A stretch of 64,000 nt of DNA from Candidatus Micrarchaeota archaeon (GCA_018819225.1 JAHJQN010000003.1:128001-192000); one strand, 5' to 3'; shown: positions 8,139 through 18,335, counted from the stretch's first letter. Notes: generated by a model not told the origin, from the sequence alone. Made by a program: numbers and translations.

Positions 8139-9628
8139 ACTTCAAAGTAAGGATCCGAATAGACGCGCTCCATATCACGCAATACCACGGTCAGCGCGTC
8201 GCAATTCGAGGGTTGCTGCAAGCCATCCACCCGACGCACAAAGTACTCGTACTCTCCTTGATAGAGATAGGCCCGGATCCCGTACGATTCGCGACACATG
8301 GCCTGACGAAAACCATCGATGTTTACATGCGTCATGAATCCTTGATCGAACGCCCGGTGCCAGAAAAAGCGGGCATCGTATTCATGTGCAAACGGAATCG
8401 CGTAGGCGTCGTCCGTTACCATCGGTTCCTTCAGCGTCTGAAGAAACGCGTGCACGCCCAACGCCGCCGTCCGCTCCACAGGAGGCGTTGAAAAAACGAA
8501 CCCTAACGCATTCGAATAGGAATCGTAATATGGATACTGGACGACCGCGTTCAGGAACAAGAGGACCGCCAGAGCGATCGCCACTTGTTTTTGGAGAGCG
8601 GAAGCGTGGGCGAACGCCCAACCCGACAACAGGGCGAGAAATGGCCATAAAACGAGTGCGTGACGGAAGAACGGATACGGATTGAATGCAATGGAAATCA
8701 AAAAAACAACGAGAAAGATCATCAACGCCCAGACCCGAGTATCGCGAACCCGAGACTTCCACACTAAATACAAGGAAAGGAATCCCAAGAAGTAGAGCAA
8801 GGGCTCGGTGCGCGTCAGCGTGACGAGTAACAGATTCAAGTTCAGGGAATGGTTGCCTTCAAAATAGAATCGTAGAGCGTACAAGACTTTCTCCCGCGAA
8901 TAAGAAACCGCGATAAAAATCGTCAACACGAGCCCCAGTCCGCCCCAAAGCCGCGCATCCCACTTCTTTTCCCCGAAATAGCGCAACAGTTCCATCAAAC
9001 CAATGAACACGACGGCGGAAAAGCCGTAGAATTTTGAGCTCACCGAGGCCAACAACAAGACCGATAAAAGAACCAGTCGCGGTACATCCCGTTTGGGCGC
9101 GTACTCAAATAAGTAAACCAGTATGGCTGCCGTGAAAAAGAAAAGAAACACCATTTCCAGCATCACGGCATTCGAAAAAAGCAATAGGTTGGGAGAAAAC
9201 AGCATGATGAATAACGGGAGGAGCGCGGGAACCGGGCCCAGCCAGCGTCTCGCGATGAAATAAACGAGTAAGGCGAGCAACAACGAGAAAATCAACGATA
9301 CGAGACGCATGGACGGTAACACCGCCCACACCATCTCCTCAACGAACGGAACCGGGGGAATCGCGGAATAAGCGGTTCCCATGCGACTGAACTCGTCCGC
9401 GTTTAATGCCATGAATTGCGTCGGTAAACCCAAGAACCATTTCGCGAGCGGCGGGTGCTCGGGATTCGGATCCGCACTTAAAAAACGATGTTGGTTCTCA
9501 ATAGAGAAAAACGCGTACAACACCTCGTCGTTCATCGGCAACAAGTAGAGGTCCGCGCGAAACAGGACGCCGGCGAGCAAAAAAACCATCAGGAGAACCC
9601 GCGCATTTTTTTCAGGGGAAAAGCGCAT
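8123..9628 (-). CDS. PMT/ArnT-like (GT-C) membrane glycosyltransferase
   Basis: DEVLY and EHPPLAKW motifs followed by ~11 TM segments. Confidence 0.8.
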   Translation of the reverse strand: MRFSPEKNARVLLMVFLLAGVLFRADLYLLPMNDEVLYAFFSIENQHRFLSADPNPEHPPLAKWFLGLPTQFMALNADEFSRMGTAYSAIPPVPFVEEMVWAVLPSMRLVSLIFSLLLALLVYFIARRWLGPVPALLPLFIMLFSPNLLLFSNAVMLEMVFLFFFTAAILVYLFEYAPKRDVPRLVLLSVLLLASVSSKFYGFSAVVFIGLMELLRYFGEKKWDARLWGGLGLVLTIFIAVSYSREKVLYALRFYFEGNHSLNLNLLLVTLTRTEPLLYFLGFLSLYLVWKSRVRDTRVWALMIFLVVFLISIAFNPYPFFRHALVLWPFLALLSGWAFAHASALQKQVAIALAVLLFLNAVVQYPYYDSYSNALGFVFSTPPVERTAALGVHAFLQTLKEPMVTDDAYAIPFAHEYDARFFWHRAFDQGFMTHVNIDGFRQAMCRESYGIRAYLYQGEYEYFVRRVDGLQQPSNCDALTVVLRDMERVYSDPYFEVYDLR

Positions 9629-9642
9629 AAGGCATCTCCAGA

Positions 9643-11145
9643 CTATCGAAGCGTATACACGCGGAAATTCGCGTCTTGATATACGACGTTTAGTTGATCC
9701 AACAAGCTGTACAATCCATCGCAGTTACGCGGTTCCTGCAAGCCATCCGTACGTCGAACAAAGTACACGGCGCCGGAATCCCACAGGTACTGAGTCAACC
9801 GCGGATGATGGAAGCAAATGGGTTGACCAAAAGCAATCACGTCGGAGACCTCGAGCTGGCCGTTTTCCCACGCATACCGCCACCAGAACGTCGCATTGTA
9901 CTGAAACGAAAACGGCAAATGATACGGATCATCCGTAGCGATGGGTTCTGGCACGTTCGAAAGGAACGCGTGCACCCCGAGAACGGGCGAGCGCTCCACA
10001 GGAGGCGTTTGAATGATCCGACCCAACGGATTCACATACGAATCGTAATACGGATAATAATAGAAAGCGTTCACGAGCATGAGAACCCCGAACGCCAACG
10101 CCAGCTTTCGCTGCAAGCCGTTCGCATGAATAAACCCCCATCCCGCTAACAACGCGAGAAACGGCCACAAAATCAACGAGTAGCGGAAGTGCGGCCACGG
10201 ATTGAAAATAACGGAAACAAAAAACAGGCCCACCAAAACGAACAACGAGACCGCATGCCCATCGCGTTTCCCGTGCTTCCAGAAGAAAAATACCGCGAGC
10301 CCTACCAGGAAGAAGACCAAGAGCTCGATGCGAGCCAGAGTCACGAGCAACAAATCCGCGTTCAATGAAACGGAACCGCTCACGTAATGCTGAAACGCCC
10401 ACATCACTTTAAACAACGGATAAGAAACCGCGAGAAATGCGGCCGCGGTAATCCATACGGAAATCAGCAGCCAGTCATCCACCTCTTTTGTTTTAATGAA
10501 ACGAATCACTTCAAACAAGAGAATGACGCCTAACGCGTAAAAACCATTAAACTTGGCGCTCATGGCCGCAAACAAGAGAATCGCCAGCACGATTCGACGG
10601 GGCCAATCGCGTTTTCCGGAATACTCGAACAAGTAGAACAGAATACACGTCGTGAAAAAGAACAGGAATACCATGTCGAGCATGACGGCATTCGAAAACA
10701 AGGAAAGGCTGGGGGAAAACATCATCACGAAAAAGGCCACGAGTCCTCCTTCCAAACCCAACCATCGCTTCGCGAAAAGAAAAACCGCGAGCGCCAACAA
10801 CACGGAGAAGATCAGGGAAACGGCCCGAATGCTTGGAAGAATGCGCGGGGCCAACGATTCGACGAACGGAACCGGCGGCAGCGTCGAATACGTCTTATCC
10901 AAACGCGAAAACTCCGACATGTCGAAAGGAATTCCGTGCGTGGGAAGACCCAGAAACCATTTCGCAAGAGGAGGGTGTTCGGCATTCGCGTCTCCGGCAA
11001 ACCCCCGGTGCTGGTTTTCCATTGAGAGGACGGCGTACAACACCTCATCCGTCATCGGAAGCAACGTGAGATCGAAACGCAACCCGATTCCTAATAATAA
11101 AATGGCGGCCGCCGCCCACCAGTAGTACCGTTGGTCCAAGGCCAT
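9643..11145 (-). CDS. PMT/ArnT-like (GT-C) membrane glycosyltransferase, tandem paralogue
   Basis: DEVLY, EHPPLAKWFLGLPT, NAVMLD; collinear with the neighbouring gene. Confidence 0.8.
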   Translation of the reverse strand: MALDQRYYWWAAAAILLLGIGLRFDLTLLPMTDEVLYAVLSMENQHRGFAGDANAEHPPLAKWFLGLPTHGIPFDMSEFSRLDKTYSTLPPVPFVESLAPRILPSIRAVSLIFSVLLALAVFLFAKRWLGLEGGLVAFFVMMFSPSLSLFSNAVMLDMVFLFFFTTCILFYLFEYSGKRDWPRRIVLAILLFAAMSAKFNGFYALGVILLFEVIRFIKTKEVDDWLLISVWITAAAFLAVSYPLFKVMWAFQHYVSGSVSLNADLLLVTLARIELLVFFLVGLAVFFFWKHGKRDGHAVSLFVLVGLFFVSVIFNPWPHFRYSLILWPFLALLAGWGFIHANGLQRKLALAFGVLMLVNAFYYYPYYDSYVNPLGRIIQTPPVERSPVLGVHAFLSNVPEPIATDDPYHLPFSFQYNATFWWRYAWENGQLEVSDVIAFGQPICFHHPRLTQYLWDSGAVYFVRRTDGLQEPRNCDGLYSLLDQLNVVYQDANFRVYTLR

Positions 11146-11146
11146 G

Positions 11147-12541
11147 TCAATGCGTCGTTATCCGAGATAATGGCGGCAGCACGACACCCGCGGTTTTCAA
11201 CGGCTTTTCAAACAATCGATACACCCGTTTAAGTTTGGCAAACGTTTTTCCTTCGAAACGCAATGTAATCGCGGGTTCCGTATTCGAGACGCGCACTAAA
11301 CCCCACGAGTCCCCGAGATCCAGGTACACGCCATCCAGCGTTTTCACCGCAGCGCCAAACCCCTTCTTCAAATCCGTCTGGACTCCCTGAACGACCGCAT
11401 TCTTTTCATCGTCCGCACAGAACAAGCGCAACTCGGACGTGCACGGATACTTCGGAATGCGTTTCAGTTCCGAGGAAAGCGGGTGATTCATGACGGAAAC
11501 GAGTTGCGCCATCTTGGCCGCCGCAAACAATCCGTCGTCAAAACCGTAATGATCCGCAAACGAAAAATGGCCCGTGATCTCGCCGCCCAAAACCGCGCCG
11601 CGCTTTTCCAGTTCCTCGCGAACCGCAATGCGGCCGGCCTTGGACATGACTTTCCTTCCTTTCAAACGAGTAATCTCTTCCGGCACGACGAGCGAACAAC
11701 GCAGTTCGTATACTACCGTACTTCTCGGATGACGCTTCAACGCATCGCGAAGGAATAGAATGAACGCGTCATCCCCGCGAACGATATTCCCTTGATCGTC
11801 CACGAACGCGGCGCGGTCCCCGTCCCCATCAAACGCGACCCCGAACTGGGCGTGCTGCCGCTTCACTTCATCCTGAAGCCAACGCAAGTTCTCGACTTGA
11901 TGCGGATCCGGCAAATGGTTCAAGAAAGCGGATTCCACGTCCTCGAAAAGCGAGTGCACCCGGCAGCCCATGAGCTCCAACAGAACGCGCGCAATGGGCC
12001 CGCACGTCCCATTCCCGGAATCAAAGACCACGCGAATCGGTTTCTGCAGCTTCACACGCTGCAATAAATCCGTCACGTACGGCTCGATAATTTTGTGCTT
12101 CCAATGCTTGCCTTTCCTCCCCCGAACATATTTCTGCTCGTGGTAAATGCGTTCGAGTTCCCGCATTTGACCGGAAAGCAAGGGCATGTGACGGTCGTAC
12201 ATCTTGAACCCATTGTATTCCGGCGGATTGTGAGAGGCCGTCACCATGCAACCGCCTGCCGCGTTCTCCGTAGCGAGCGCGAATTGAACGAGGGGCGTGG
12301 GAACCACCCCCAAATTCACGACATCGAAACCCGTTGAAAGCAATCCCTTGGAAAACGATTCCGCCAGCCGGAACGAATGATTGCGGTTATCCCGCGCCAA
12401 AAACACTTTTCTCTTCTTCGACTTGCGTTTGGCTAAAAGCGTTCCAAGCGCTTTGCCAACGCGTTCGGCCGCTGCCTCATCCAATTCCTGTGGGACCAGC
12501 CCGCGCACGTCATAGCCCTTGAAGAAACCCATGACACTCAA
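11147..12541 (-). CDS. Phosphomannomutase/phosphoglucomutase
   Basis: YDVRG, TASHNP, FDGDGDR, GGEITGH, RVSNTEP. Confidence 0.93.
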   Translation of the reverse strand: MSVMGFFKGYDVRGLVPQELDEAAAERVGKALGTLLAKRKSKKRKVFLARDNRNHSFRLAESFSKGLLSTGFDVVNLGVVPTPLVQFALATENAAGGCMVTASHNPPEYNGFKMYDRHMPLLSGQMRELERIYHEQKYVRGRKGKHWKHKIIEPYVTDLLQRVKLQKPIRVVFDSGNGTCGPIARVLLELMGCRVHSLFEDVESAFLNHLPDPHQVENLRWLQDEVKRQHAQFGVAFDGDGDRAAFVDDQGNIVRGDDAFILFLRDALKRHPRSTVVYELRCSLVVPEEITRLKGRKVMSKAGRIAVREELEKRGAVLGGEITGHFSFADHYGFDDGLFAAAKMAQLVSVMNHPLSSELKRIPKYPCTSELRLFCADDEKNAVVQGVQTDLKKGFGAAVKTLDGVYLDLGDSWGLVRVSNTEPAITLRFEGKTFAKLKRVYRLFEKPLKTAGVVLPPLSRITTH

Positions 12542-13086
12542 CTATAGTATAACAGCTGCGGCTTGATGTAGCGCGCGAACCCGTAGCCGAGCACCAACCC
12601 GAATACGTGCGCAAAGTTCGCGATATTGGATACGACGTATACCCCGGAAAACACTTCCAGAACGAACCAGAAAACGCCGGCCACCCACATGGGCATTGGA
12701 ATAAAGCTCACGAACACGATCATGTTCGGTTCCAGCGCAACCAACGCCCCCAGAATGCCGAAAATGGCTCCGGAAGCGCCTAATGCAGGCTGCACGCCGC
12801 CCGTCAACAAATAACCAATGTTGCCCAGAATACCCGCTGCAAAATAGAGCATGAGAAAACGCTGGCTGCCTAAACGAGATTCAAGAATGGGTCCGAAAAT
12901 GAACAACGCGAACATGTTGAAGAACAAGTGCGAAAAGCCGCCGTGCAGAAACATGGAAGTGATAAAACCCCACGGCTGCTGGAAAATGTGTTGGGGATCC
13001 AGCCAAAAGAATTCCGTGAACCCGGGAATCAACAATTGAATGAAGAAAATCGCGAACGTGATACCCAATAAATACAACGAGTACAT
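12538..13086 (-). CDS. Rhomboid intramembrane serine protease
   Basis: HLFFNM, GASGA (catalytic Ser), AHVFG (catalytic His). Confidence 0.92.
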   Translation of the reverse strand: MYSLYLLGITFAIFFIQLLIPGFTEFFWLDPQHIFQQPWGFITSMFLHGGFSHLFFNMFALFIFGPILESRLGSQRFLMLYFAAGILGNIGYLLTGGVQPALGASGAIFGILGALVALEPNMIVFVSFIPMPMWVAGVFWFVLEVFSGVYVVSNIANFAHVFGLVLGYGFARYIKPQLLYYS

Positions 13087-13131
13087 GCTTGGACCCCCCT
13101 CGACTGCAACTAATACGCCAAAAGGGTTTTA

Positions 13132-13410
13132 ATGGGTTGGTTCTTTAGAAGGCCTATGGTCGACGTGAGTCTCGTTCTCTCGCAGGCATGGTTCATTCTA
13201 CTGTTCTCGCTCGCCGTTACCGCACTCATTTTCCCCATCGTGTTTCTGGCGGGATTCGCTTACGATATGCTGTTGGAGCGTTACAAGAAAATCCCGAAAG
13301 TCTTGCTCATGCTCGTCGTCACGTTTCTCGGAGTGTTGGCGGCAGTCACGCTGCTGGAAATCTATTTGGAGTTCACGCTGCCGCTCGCTTTTGGCAACCG
13401 CCTCCCTTAA
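13132..13410 (+). CDS. Small membrane protein
   Basis: Two hydrophobic helices; the start may be 13156. Confidence 0.6.
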   Translation: MGWFFRRPMVDVSLVLSQAWFILLFSLAVTALIFPIVFLAGFAYDMLLERYKKIPKVLLMLVVTFLGVLAAVTLLEIYLEFTLPLAFGNRLP

Positions 13411-14177
13411 GCCAAGCGTTCAGAAATGATGCGCTTGCCCAAATCCGTTAACTCGTAATACTTCCACTTGCGGCCCTCATCCATCTTGCGCACCAAACCC
13501 GCGTCCTCCAACTGCTCAAGATGTTGCTTGGCCCCCGGAAGCGAAATCGCCCGTTCTTTTGCGAGCTCGCTCAACGTCTTTCGACGCTCGTGCAGTGCAT
13601 GAAGCATGCTGACCCGCGTCTCCGACGAAAGCATCTTGAATACATCGGAAGGAAATGCCTCGGCAGAAGGCCCCACTCGAAACAAATTCAGGAACAGCAA
13701 TATGAGGATGGTCACGCCCACCAAATACTGGAAAAAGTGATTCGTGAGCAAGCCTCCTGCAGCGCGCGTTTCAGGAACCGGAGCCCGCGCTTGCGTCAAC
13801 GGCGATTCTTCTACCGGTAAAGAAACACTTGGAGACCGGTAAGGAGAAGTCGTTATAGGAGGTCCGGGCGGAACCGCTTCCTCTGAATCGCCTGCATTAA
13901 TCCCATGCGCTTCCGCACCCGCAGTAAATTGAGGCGGCGTAGGACTCGCGGAAACCAAGGCGCTCGGACTCTGCCCAACGGCTTCGGCAACGCTTTTTTC
14001 ATTGGGTTGCGCGTAATCCATCACCGGAGGAGACGGCAACGCTTCAACGCTTCTTGAAGCTGCGAAAGTCAAAGCCGGCTGCGCATCAAAAAAGAATCCC
14101 GTGGCCACTAAGCCAACGATAACGAGTAGGAGCGCCAGAAACGGCTTGCTGACTCTATTCCGAACCGTGATATGCAT
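13407..14177 (-). CDS. Membrane-anchored ArsR-family regulator (signal/TM, Pro/Ser-rich segment, TM, C-terminal wHTH)
   Basis: C-terminal FKMLSSETRVSML..L.ERRKTLSELAK...HLEQLEDAGLV...YYELT; two hydrophobic segments. Confidence 0.8.
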   Translation of the reverse strand: MHITVRNRVSKPFLALLLVIVGLVATGFFFDAQPALTFAASRSVEALPSPPVMDYAQPNEKSVAEAVGQSPSALVSASPTPPQFTAGAEAHGINAGDSEEAVPPGPPITTSPYRSPSVSLPVEESPLTQARAPVPETRAAGGLLTNHFFQYLVGVTILILLFLNLFRVGPSAEAFPSDVFKMLSSETRVSMLHALHERRKTLSELAKERAISLPGAKQHLEQLEDAGLVRKMDEGRKWKYYELTDLGKRIISERLA

Positions 14178-14179
14178 GG

Positions 14180-14238
14180 TTAAGCAACTGCTTAAGTCGA
14201 TTAATAAACGCTTTCAAAAGCTTAAGCAATACCTTAAG
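14180..14238. promoter_or_regulatory. Two TTAAGCA-N5-TTAAG sites flanking the ArsR promoter
   Basis: TTAAGCAACTGCTTAAG 14180-14196 and TTAAGCAATACCTTAAG 14222-14238 bracket the minus-strand TTTATTAA box. Confidence 0.65.
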
Positions 14239-14332
14239 CCAAATAGAGCCGGTAGAGCACGACGAGCACGGCAATAAACAATAGAAACGCGGCCCAAAAC
14301 CATTTATCGAGCTCGTTTAACGACATGGCCAT
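14234..14332 (-). CDS. 32-aa single-TM micropeptide (MAMSLNELDKWFWAAFLLFIAVLVVLYRLYLA)
   Basis: Translated by hand; starts 6 nt after the HAD stop, with SD-like GAGTGA. Confidence 0.6.
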   Translation of the reverse strand: MAMSLNELDKWFWAAFLLFIAVLVVLYRLYLA

Positions 14333-14338
14333 GTGAAT

Positions 14339-15001
14339 TCACTCTTTCGCCATTAATTGATTCAAGTGATGACGCGCCTCCTTTAAATCGTTTACCACAA
14401 CATTAGCGCCATCCAAATTCTGCTGCCCACTTAATGGATTCTTCAAACCAATACAATACATTCCAGCGTTCCTGGCAGCTTCCACACCGTGCAACGCATC
14501 CTCAACGACCACGCACTTCGAAGGGGGAACGCGCAAGTATTCCGCGGCCTTGAGAAACAAGTCCGGAAACGGTTTTCCGCGAGGGATTTCCGAAATGGTG
14601 ACGAACACGGAGAAAAAGCGCCTCAACTCAGCTGCTTTCAGAAAGTGATTTACAACGCGCTCAACGGAACTTGAAGCAACGGCCATGGGAACCTCTTTTT
14701 CTCTTAATGCGGTCAAGAGCTCAACGGCATGAGGCACGCGCGGCATGCCATCGGTTTCCAATAACTCAAACAGCTTCTCTTCCACCAAACGACTCATTTC
14801 TTCCGGGGGTTTCGGCACGCCGTGCTTCCTGACAAAATATTTGCACAACTCGATTTCAGGTTGTCCGACTCGCTCGTACTGTTCACGAGCATCCATCTCA
14901 ACACCGTGCTCCCGAAACGCGATCTGCTCCGCCTTCAGGTATAACGGAATCGAGTCCACGAGCACCCCATCCATGTCGAATATCACGGCATTGAACGTCA
15001 T
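14339..15001 (-). CDS. HAD-superfamily phosphatase (beta-PGM/CbbY-like)
   Basis: FDMDGVLVDS, ASSS, KPFPD, VVEDALHG. Confidence 0.9.
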   Translation of the reverse strand: MTFNAVIFDMDGVLVDSIPLYLKAEQIAFREHGVEMDAREQYERVGQPEIELCKYFVRKHGVPKPPEEMSRLVEEKLFELLETDGMPRVPHAVELLTALREKEVPMAVASSSVERVVNHFLKAAELRRFFSVFVTISEIPRGKPFPDLFLKAAEYLRVPPSKCVVVEDALHGVEAARNAGMYCIGLKNPLSGQQNLDGANVVVNDLKEARHHLNQLMAKE

Positions 15002-15002
15002 A

Positions 15003-16442
15003 TCACGGGTTCACCTTTCGCACGACTCCTTGTTCCGCATCCACTTCAACGACATCCCCGTCCTTGAAAACCCGCGTGCCGAACCGCGTTCCCACAACGC
15101 ACGGCACGTTCAATTCCCTGCAGATAATGGCCGCGTGGCACGTCACACCTCCCTCGTCCGTTACCAGGGCGTTGCACCTGCGGATGACGGAAACGAAGTC
15201 CTGGCGGGTCATGGAAGTGAACATGATTTCCCCGTCTTTCACTTTCGCCAAATCCCGGTTCGAATGCACGATGCAAGCCTTTCCAAATACTTTACCGCGA
15301 GAACCCACTACCCCCACCAACTCCGTTACATTCGCGATATCGGGTTCCTTGATTTCGACAGACGATTTTCTTATCGCGTCGTTTCCTCCGAAAATCCGTG
15401 CGGAATCGATTCGCTGGACCAGCAGAAAAGCAGTTAACCGTTCCTCGGCCGACTTTCGCAGCCTCGATCGCTTCTCCGACTGGATTAAACCCGTCTCAAT
15501 GTCTTGGTTGGTAAGCAGTGAAACCTGTTCAATACTTAACTGCAGCCTCTTCCCGATTTCGGAATAGAGCGTTCGAAGAGACAGGTTCATTTTCTGGCGG
15601 AGCATGTCCCGGTAGTCGCGCACGAAAACCGTTTCCTTGAGCATTTGAAGAAGTCGGAACAAATCATGATCCGGTTGCAGTTGAAGCCCTCTTAACTGCC
15701 GATCGAATACTTGTTGACGATCTGAAAACACGTGCTTCAAGCGAGCGCGTTCCTCCTCGGGAGCCGAAACGCGCTCCAACTCCTTCCGGAAATGCATGAC
15801 GGAATACGGTTCGTGATTGAAATCGAACATCGGGATGTGCTGATACGCGCGCGTATGCCGTTGAAGGCGGTTCTCCAACTCCTTTTCAGGAAGCTCGTTC
15901 CGGGACATTGCCAGTTCCAGCAAATCCATGCGCTCCTGAATCGCGTCATTCGGTTCCAAAGGCGTTGAAAAATCAAGCAGCAACTCGCCGGCTTTCTTCT
16001 CGTCCGGAACGCGTTTAAGCAGTTCGCCATGAACGGTTTGCGCCAACGGATCGCTGATAAGGAATACGATCCACATGCGCGAATAAAATGCGTTCACTTT
16101 CTCGATCACGTTCGAATAGAAGGACGCCAACTGGGCATCCGACAGCGCGGAAACATTCGTCGAAAGGAGTTGGCGTATCTCGCCAGATGTTATTTCGAGA
16201 AACCGTTGGGCATCCGAGATTAAAGAAGCGCGGCGAGGCCGGTCCTTCAGGAGATCGAACAAACCCTTCTCGTAAGCAGTCCACTGCGCCGCATCCGCGT
16301 AGTATTCCGTCTTTTTTCCATCGAAATAAGCCAGCGTGTCCTGAATGGAGATACGGTAAGGCTTGCGCTCCGGAAGGAAGCCAGCACTCCATTGCTGCGC
16401 CACTTGCACGCCAATGCGCCGGGAGTTGATTTTATGCCACAT
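15003..16442 (-). CDS. Phospho-His swivel-domain protein with helical N-terminal region
   Basis: ALVTDEGGVTCHAAIICRELNVPCVVG; 1 nt from the HAD gene. Confidence 0.85.
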   Translation of the reverse strand: MWHKINSRRIGVQVAQQWSAGFLPERKPYRISIQDTLAYFDGKKTEYYADAAQWTAYEKGLFDLLKDRPRRASLISDAQRFLEITSGEIRQLLSTNVSALSDAQLASFYSNVIEKVNAFYSRMWIVFLISDPLAQTVHGELLKRVPDEKKAGELLLDFSTPLEPNDAIQERMDLLELAMSRNELPEKELENRLQRHTRAYQHIPMFDFNHEPYSVMHFRKELERVSAPEEERARLKHVFSDRQQVFDRQLRGLQLQPDHDLFRLLQMLKETVFVRDYRDMLRQKMNLSLRTLYSEIGKRLQLSIEQVSLLTNQDIETGLIQSEKRSRLRKSAEERLTAFLLVQRIDSARIFGGNDAIRKSSVEIKEPDIANVTELVGVVGSRGKVFGKACIVHSNRDLAKVKDGEIMFTSMTRQDFVSVIRRCNALVTDEGGVTCHAAIICRELNVPCVVGTRFGTRVFKDGDVVEVDAEQGVVRKVNP

Positions 16443-16550
16443 GCGCCATTTCCCTTCATCCGAATTCCGGACGACGTCAAACGTTCCGAATCACGCGATT
16501 AAAATAGGTTTCGAAGCATAACGCTTCTTCTTGCCCTAACCGGTTTTATC

Positions 16551-17483
16551 ATGCCCAGCTTGAACATCGCGGTTCTCGGAAAGAATGAACAGGAGCGCGA
16601 GCAAGCCGCTTCAGCCCTCGCCAAGAAAGGAACCGCGGACGATCTCGGGTTTTACCATACCGTGTTTCAAGGAAAAATTGTTTCGGTAGTGGATCCGAAA
16701 GCGTATCCCGGAAAACTGTCTTCGTTCATGCAAACGCTTTCGATCACGAATCAAGCGCTCGTCATCGCTCCGGAACCTTCACCCGAACTCGGCGAAATCA
16801 TTGTCGCTCTGGACGCCCTGAAAAAGCACGCGGTCACCATCGTAACGGATATGGATCTATCCGGCTTCCTGAACGGAACGAGTCTCGAACGTGCGCAACT
16901 CGTTACAAACATTGAGGAAGCCAAAACACACCTGTTTTCACAAGAAACACCGTTGCGGGAAGGAGACGCGGAAGTACTCATCGACCACTGCTTCGAAGTG
17001 AAAGGCGTGGGAACCGTTGCCCTTGGATTCGTAAAGCAAGGCACGATCAACGTTCACGATAAACTGCAGGCAGAACCCATTGGAAAGACTATGGAAATAC
17101 GCAGTATTCAAAAAAACGATGCGGACGCGAAAACCGCTGCAAGCGGGGACCGGGTAGGCCTTTCATTGAAGGGACTGCGTTCGGAAGAAGTGCCGCGCGG
17201 CACCATTTTCTCGAAAACAGCGTGGAACAAGGGAGTAGAGCTTGAATGCGAAGTAACGGCAACACGCTTCCGGAAAGAACCGTTGAAAAGCGGAGTGATT
17301 CACGCGAGCCTGGGCGTGCAATTCCAGCCCGTGCGCATTGAATGCGAAGAGATCGCGCCGGGAACCAGCGGGAAAGCAATACTTCAGTTCGAGAAACCGT
17401 TTGCGTTCAATAAAGGCGAGCCACTCATATTATGCGACTTGAACGCGAAAGGCCTGCGCATCGTGGGAAAGACAATTATTTAA
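16551..17483 (+). CDS. SelB-like translation-factor homologue with a degenerate G domain
   Basis: IDHCFEVKGVGTVALG and GDRVGLSLKG (EF-Tu domain II); no GxxxxGKS/T. Confidence 0.75.
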   Translation: MPSLNIAVLGKNEQEREQAASALAKKGTADDLGFYHTVFQGKIVSVVDPKAYPGKLSSFMQTLSITNQALVIAPEPSPELGEIIVALDALKKHAVTIVTDMDLSGFLNGTSLERAQLVTNIEEAKTHLFSQETPLREGDAEVLIDHCFEVKGVGTVALGFVKQGTINVHDKLQAEPIGKTMEIRSIQKNDADAKTAASGDRVGLSLKGLRSEEVPRGTIFSKTAWNKGVELECEVTATRFRKEPLKSGVIHASLGVQFQPVRIECEEIAPGTSGKAILQFEKPFAFNKGEPLILCDLNAKGLRIVGKTII

Positions 17484-17490
17484 AAAAAAA

Positions 17491-17597
17491 GGAGTGTGCA
17501 GGGGACCGGAGGTGCAACCGACCTTTCTTAACCAGAAAGCTCGACCAAAGAGCGTCAGCGCAGCGACTTTTTGATCGACATTTTTCAAAAAAGGTCG
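17491..17597. repeat. Two inverted hairpin-element units plus a degenerate copy of the tRNA-Leu 3' end
   Basis: Units 17519-17551 (-) and 17568-17597 (+); TGCAGGGGACCGGA 17497-17510 copies TGCAGGGGGCCGGA 17601-17614. Confidence 0.7.
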
Positions 17598-17600
17598 GAG

Positions 17601-17685
17601 TGCAGGGGGCCGGATTTGAACCGGCGGACCCCTAAGGGACAAGCTCCTGAAGCTTGCGCATTTGACCAGGCTCTGCCACCCCTGC
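17601..17685 (-). tRNA. tRNA-Leu(CAG)
   Basis: GCAGGGG/CCCCTGC acceptor stem, CAAGC-TTCAGGA-GCTTG anticodon arm, long variable arm, GGTTCAAATCC. Confidence 0.95.
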
Positions 17686-17864
17686 AAGAAACGTATTAAT
17701 TGGGAAACAAGGATTATAAAACCGGAAGCGGTGCATGCAATGATCCGGCGGTTATAGATACACGTACATCGGTTAAACCCGTTGTCGATCCTTCAACCCA
17801 ACCCATATATTGAAATTCCCGCATAGAATCGTTCACTCAATTAAGTACTATTAGGTGATGGATT

Positions 17865-18113
17865 ATGGGTTGTGGAGGAAACTGTCGATGTGGGCATGAC
17901 GAGATGACGTGGGTCGAGTACGGAAACCGAATCGCTTACGGCGCCAAGAAGGAGCTGCTGCACGAGGCGATCCGCGAACGCATGGCGAAAAAGCATGGAA
18001 AAGAAGTGGAAGCCATAGCGGAAGCGGTGATCAAGATCTCTGAAGGCGATTCCAAGCACGAAAACGAAGTGGAAGAGCGTTTAGAGAAGCTGTTCGGGGA
18101 AGAGGAAGAGTAA
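17865..18113 (+). CDS. Small hypothetical protein with a Cys/His-rich N-terminus
   Basis: SD AGGTGA; MGCGGNCRCGH; followed by a hairpin and T-tract. Confidence 0.65.
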   Translation: MGCGGNCRCGHDEMTWVEYGNRIAYGAKKELLHEAIRERMAKKHGKEVEAIAEAVIKISEGDSKHENEVEERLEKLFGEEEE

Positions 18114-18125
18114 GCATGTCCGTTC

Positions 18126-18157
18126 GGGCGTTACGACGCCCCCTTTTTTCTTTTTTT
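18126..18157 (+). terminator. Hairpin plus T-tract terminator
   Basis: GGGCGT-TACG-ACGCCC followed by CCTTTTTTCTTTTTTT. Confidence 0.6.
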
Positions 18158-18210
18158 CGAATCATGAGCCTCTGCTTTTTTAAGGTATTCCGGCATAATG
18201 GAGAGCGTAC

Positions 18211-18332
18211 GCTCCGATCGTCTAGTTCGGTCAAGGACGCAGGATTCTCAATCCTGTGACCCGGGTTCAAAACGCGCCGCTCTATCAAAACAACAGCAGC
18301 CAGAGCGTCTCGTGAAACTCCCGGTCGGAGCA
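18211..18332 (+). tRNA. tRNA-Glu(CTC) with a non-canonical T-loop intron (59/60; ~18272-18318)
   Basis: GCTCCGA/TCGGAGC stem; CAGGA-TTCTCAA-TCCTG; bulge-helix-bulge with central helix TTCA/TGAA. Confidence 0.9.
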
Positions 18333-18335
18333 TAC

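Noticed and set aside
16551-17483. Selenocysteine system
   Set aside because: The protein lacks a P-loop and matches only EF-Tu-like domains II/III; no tRNA-Sec or in-frame UGA selenoprotein was seen.
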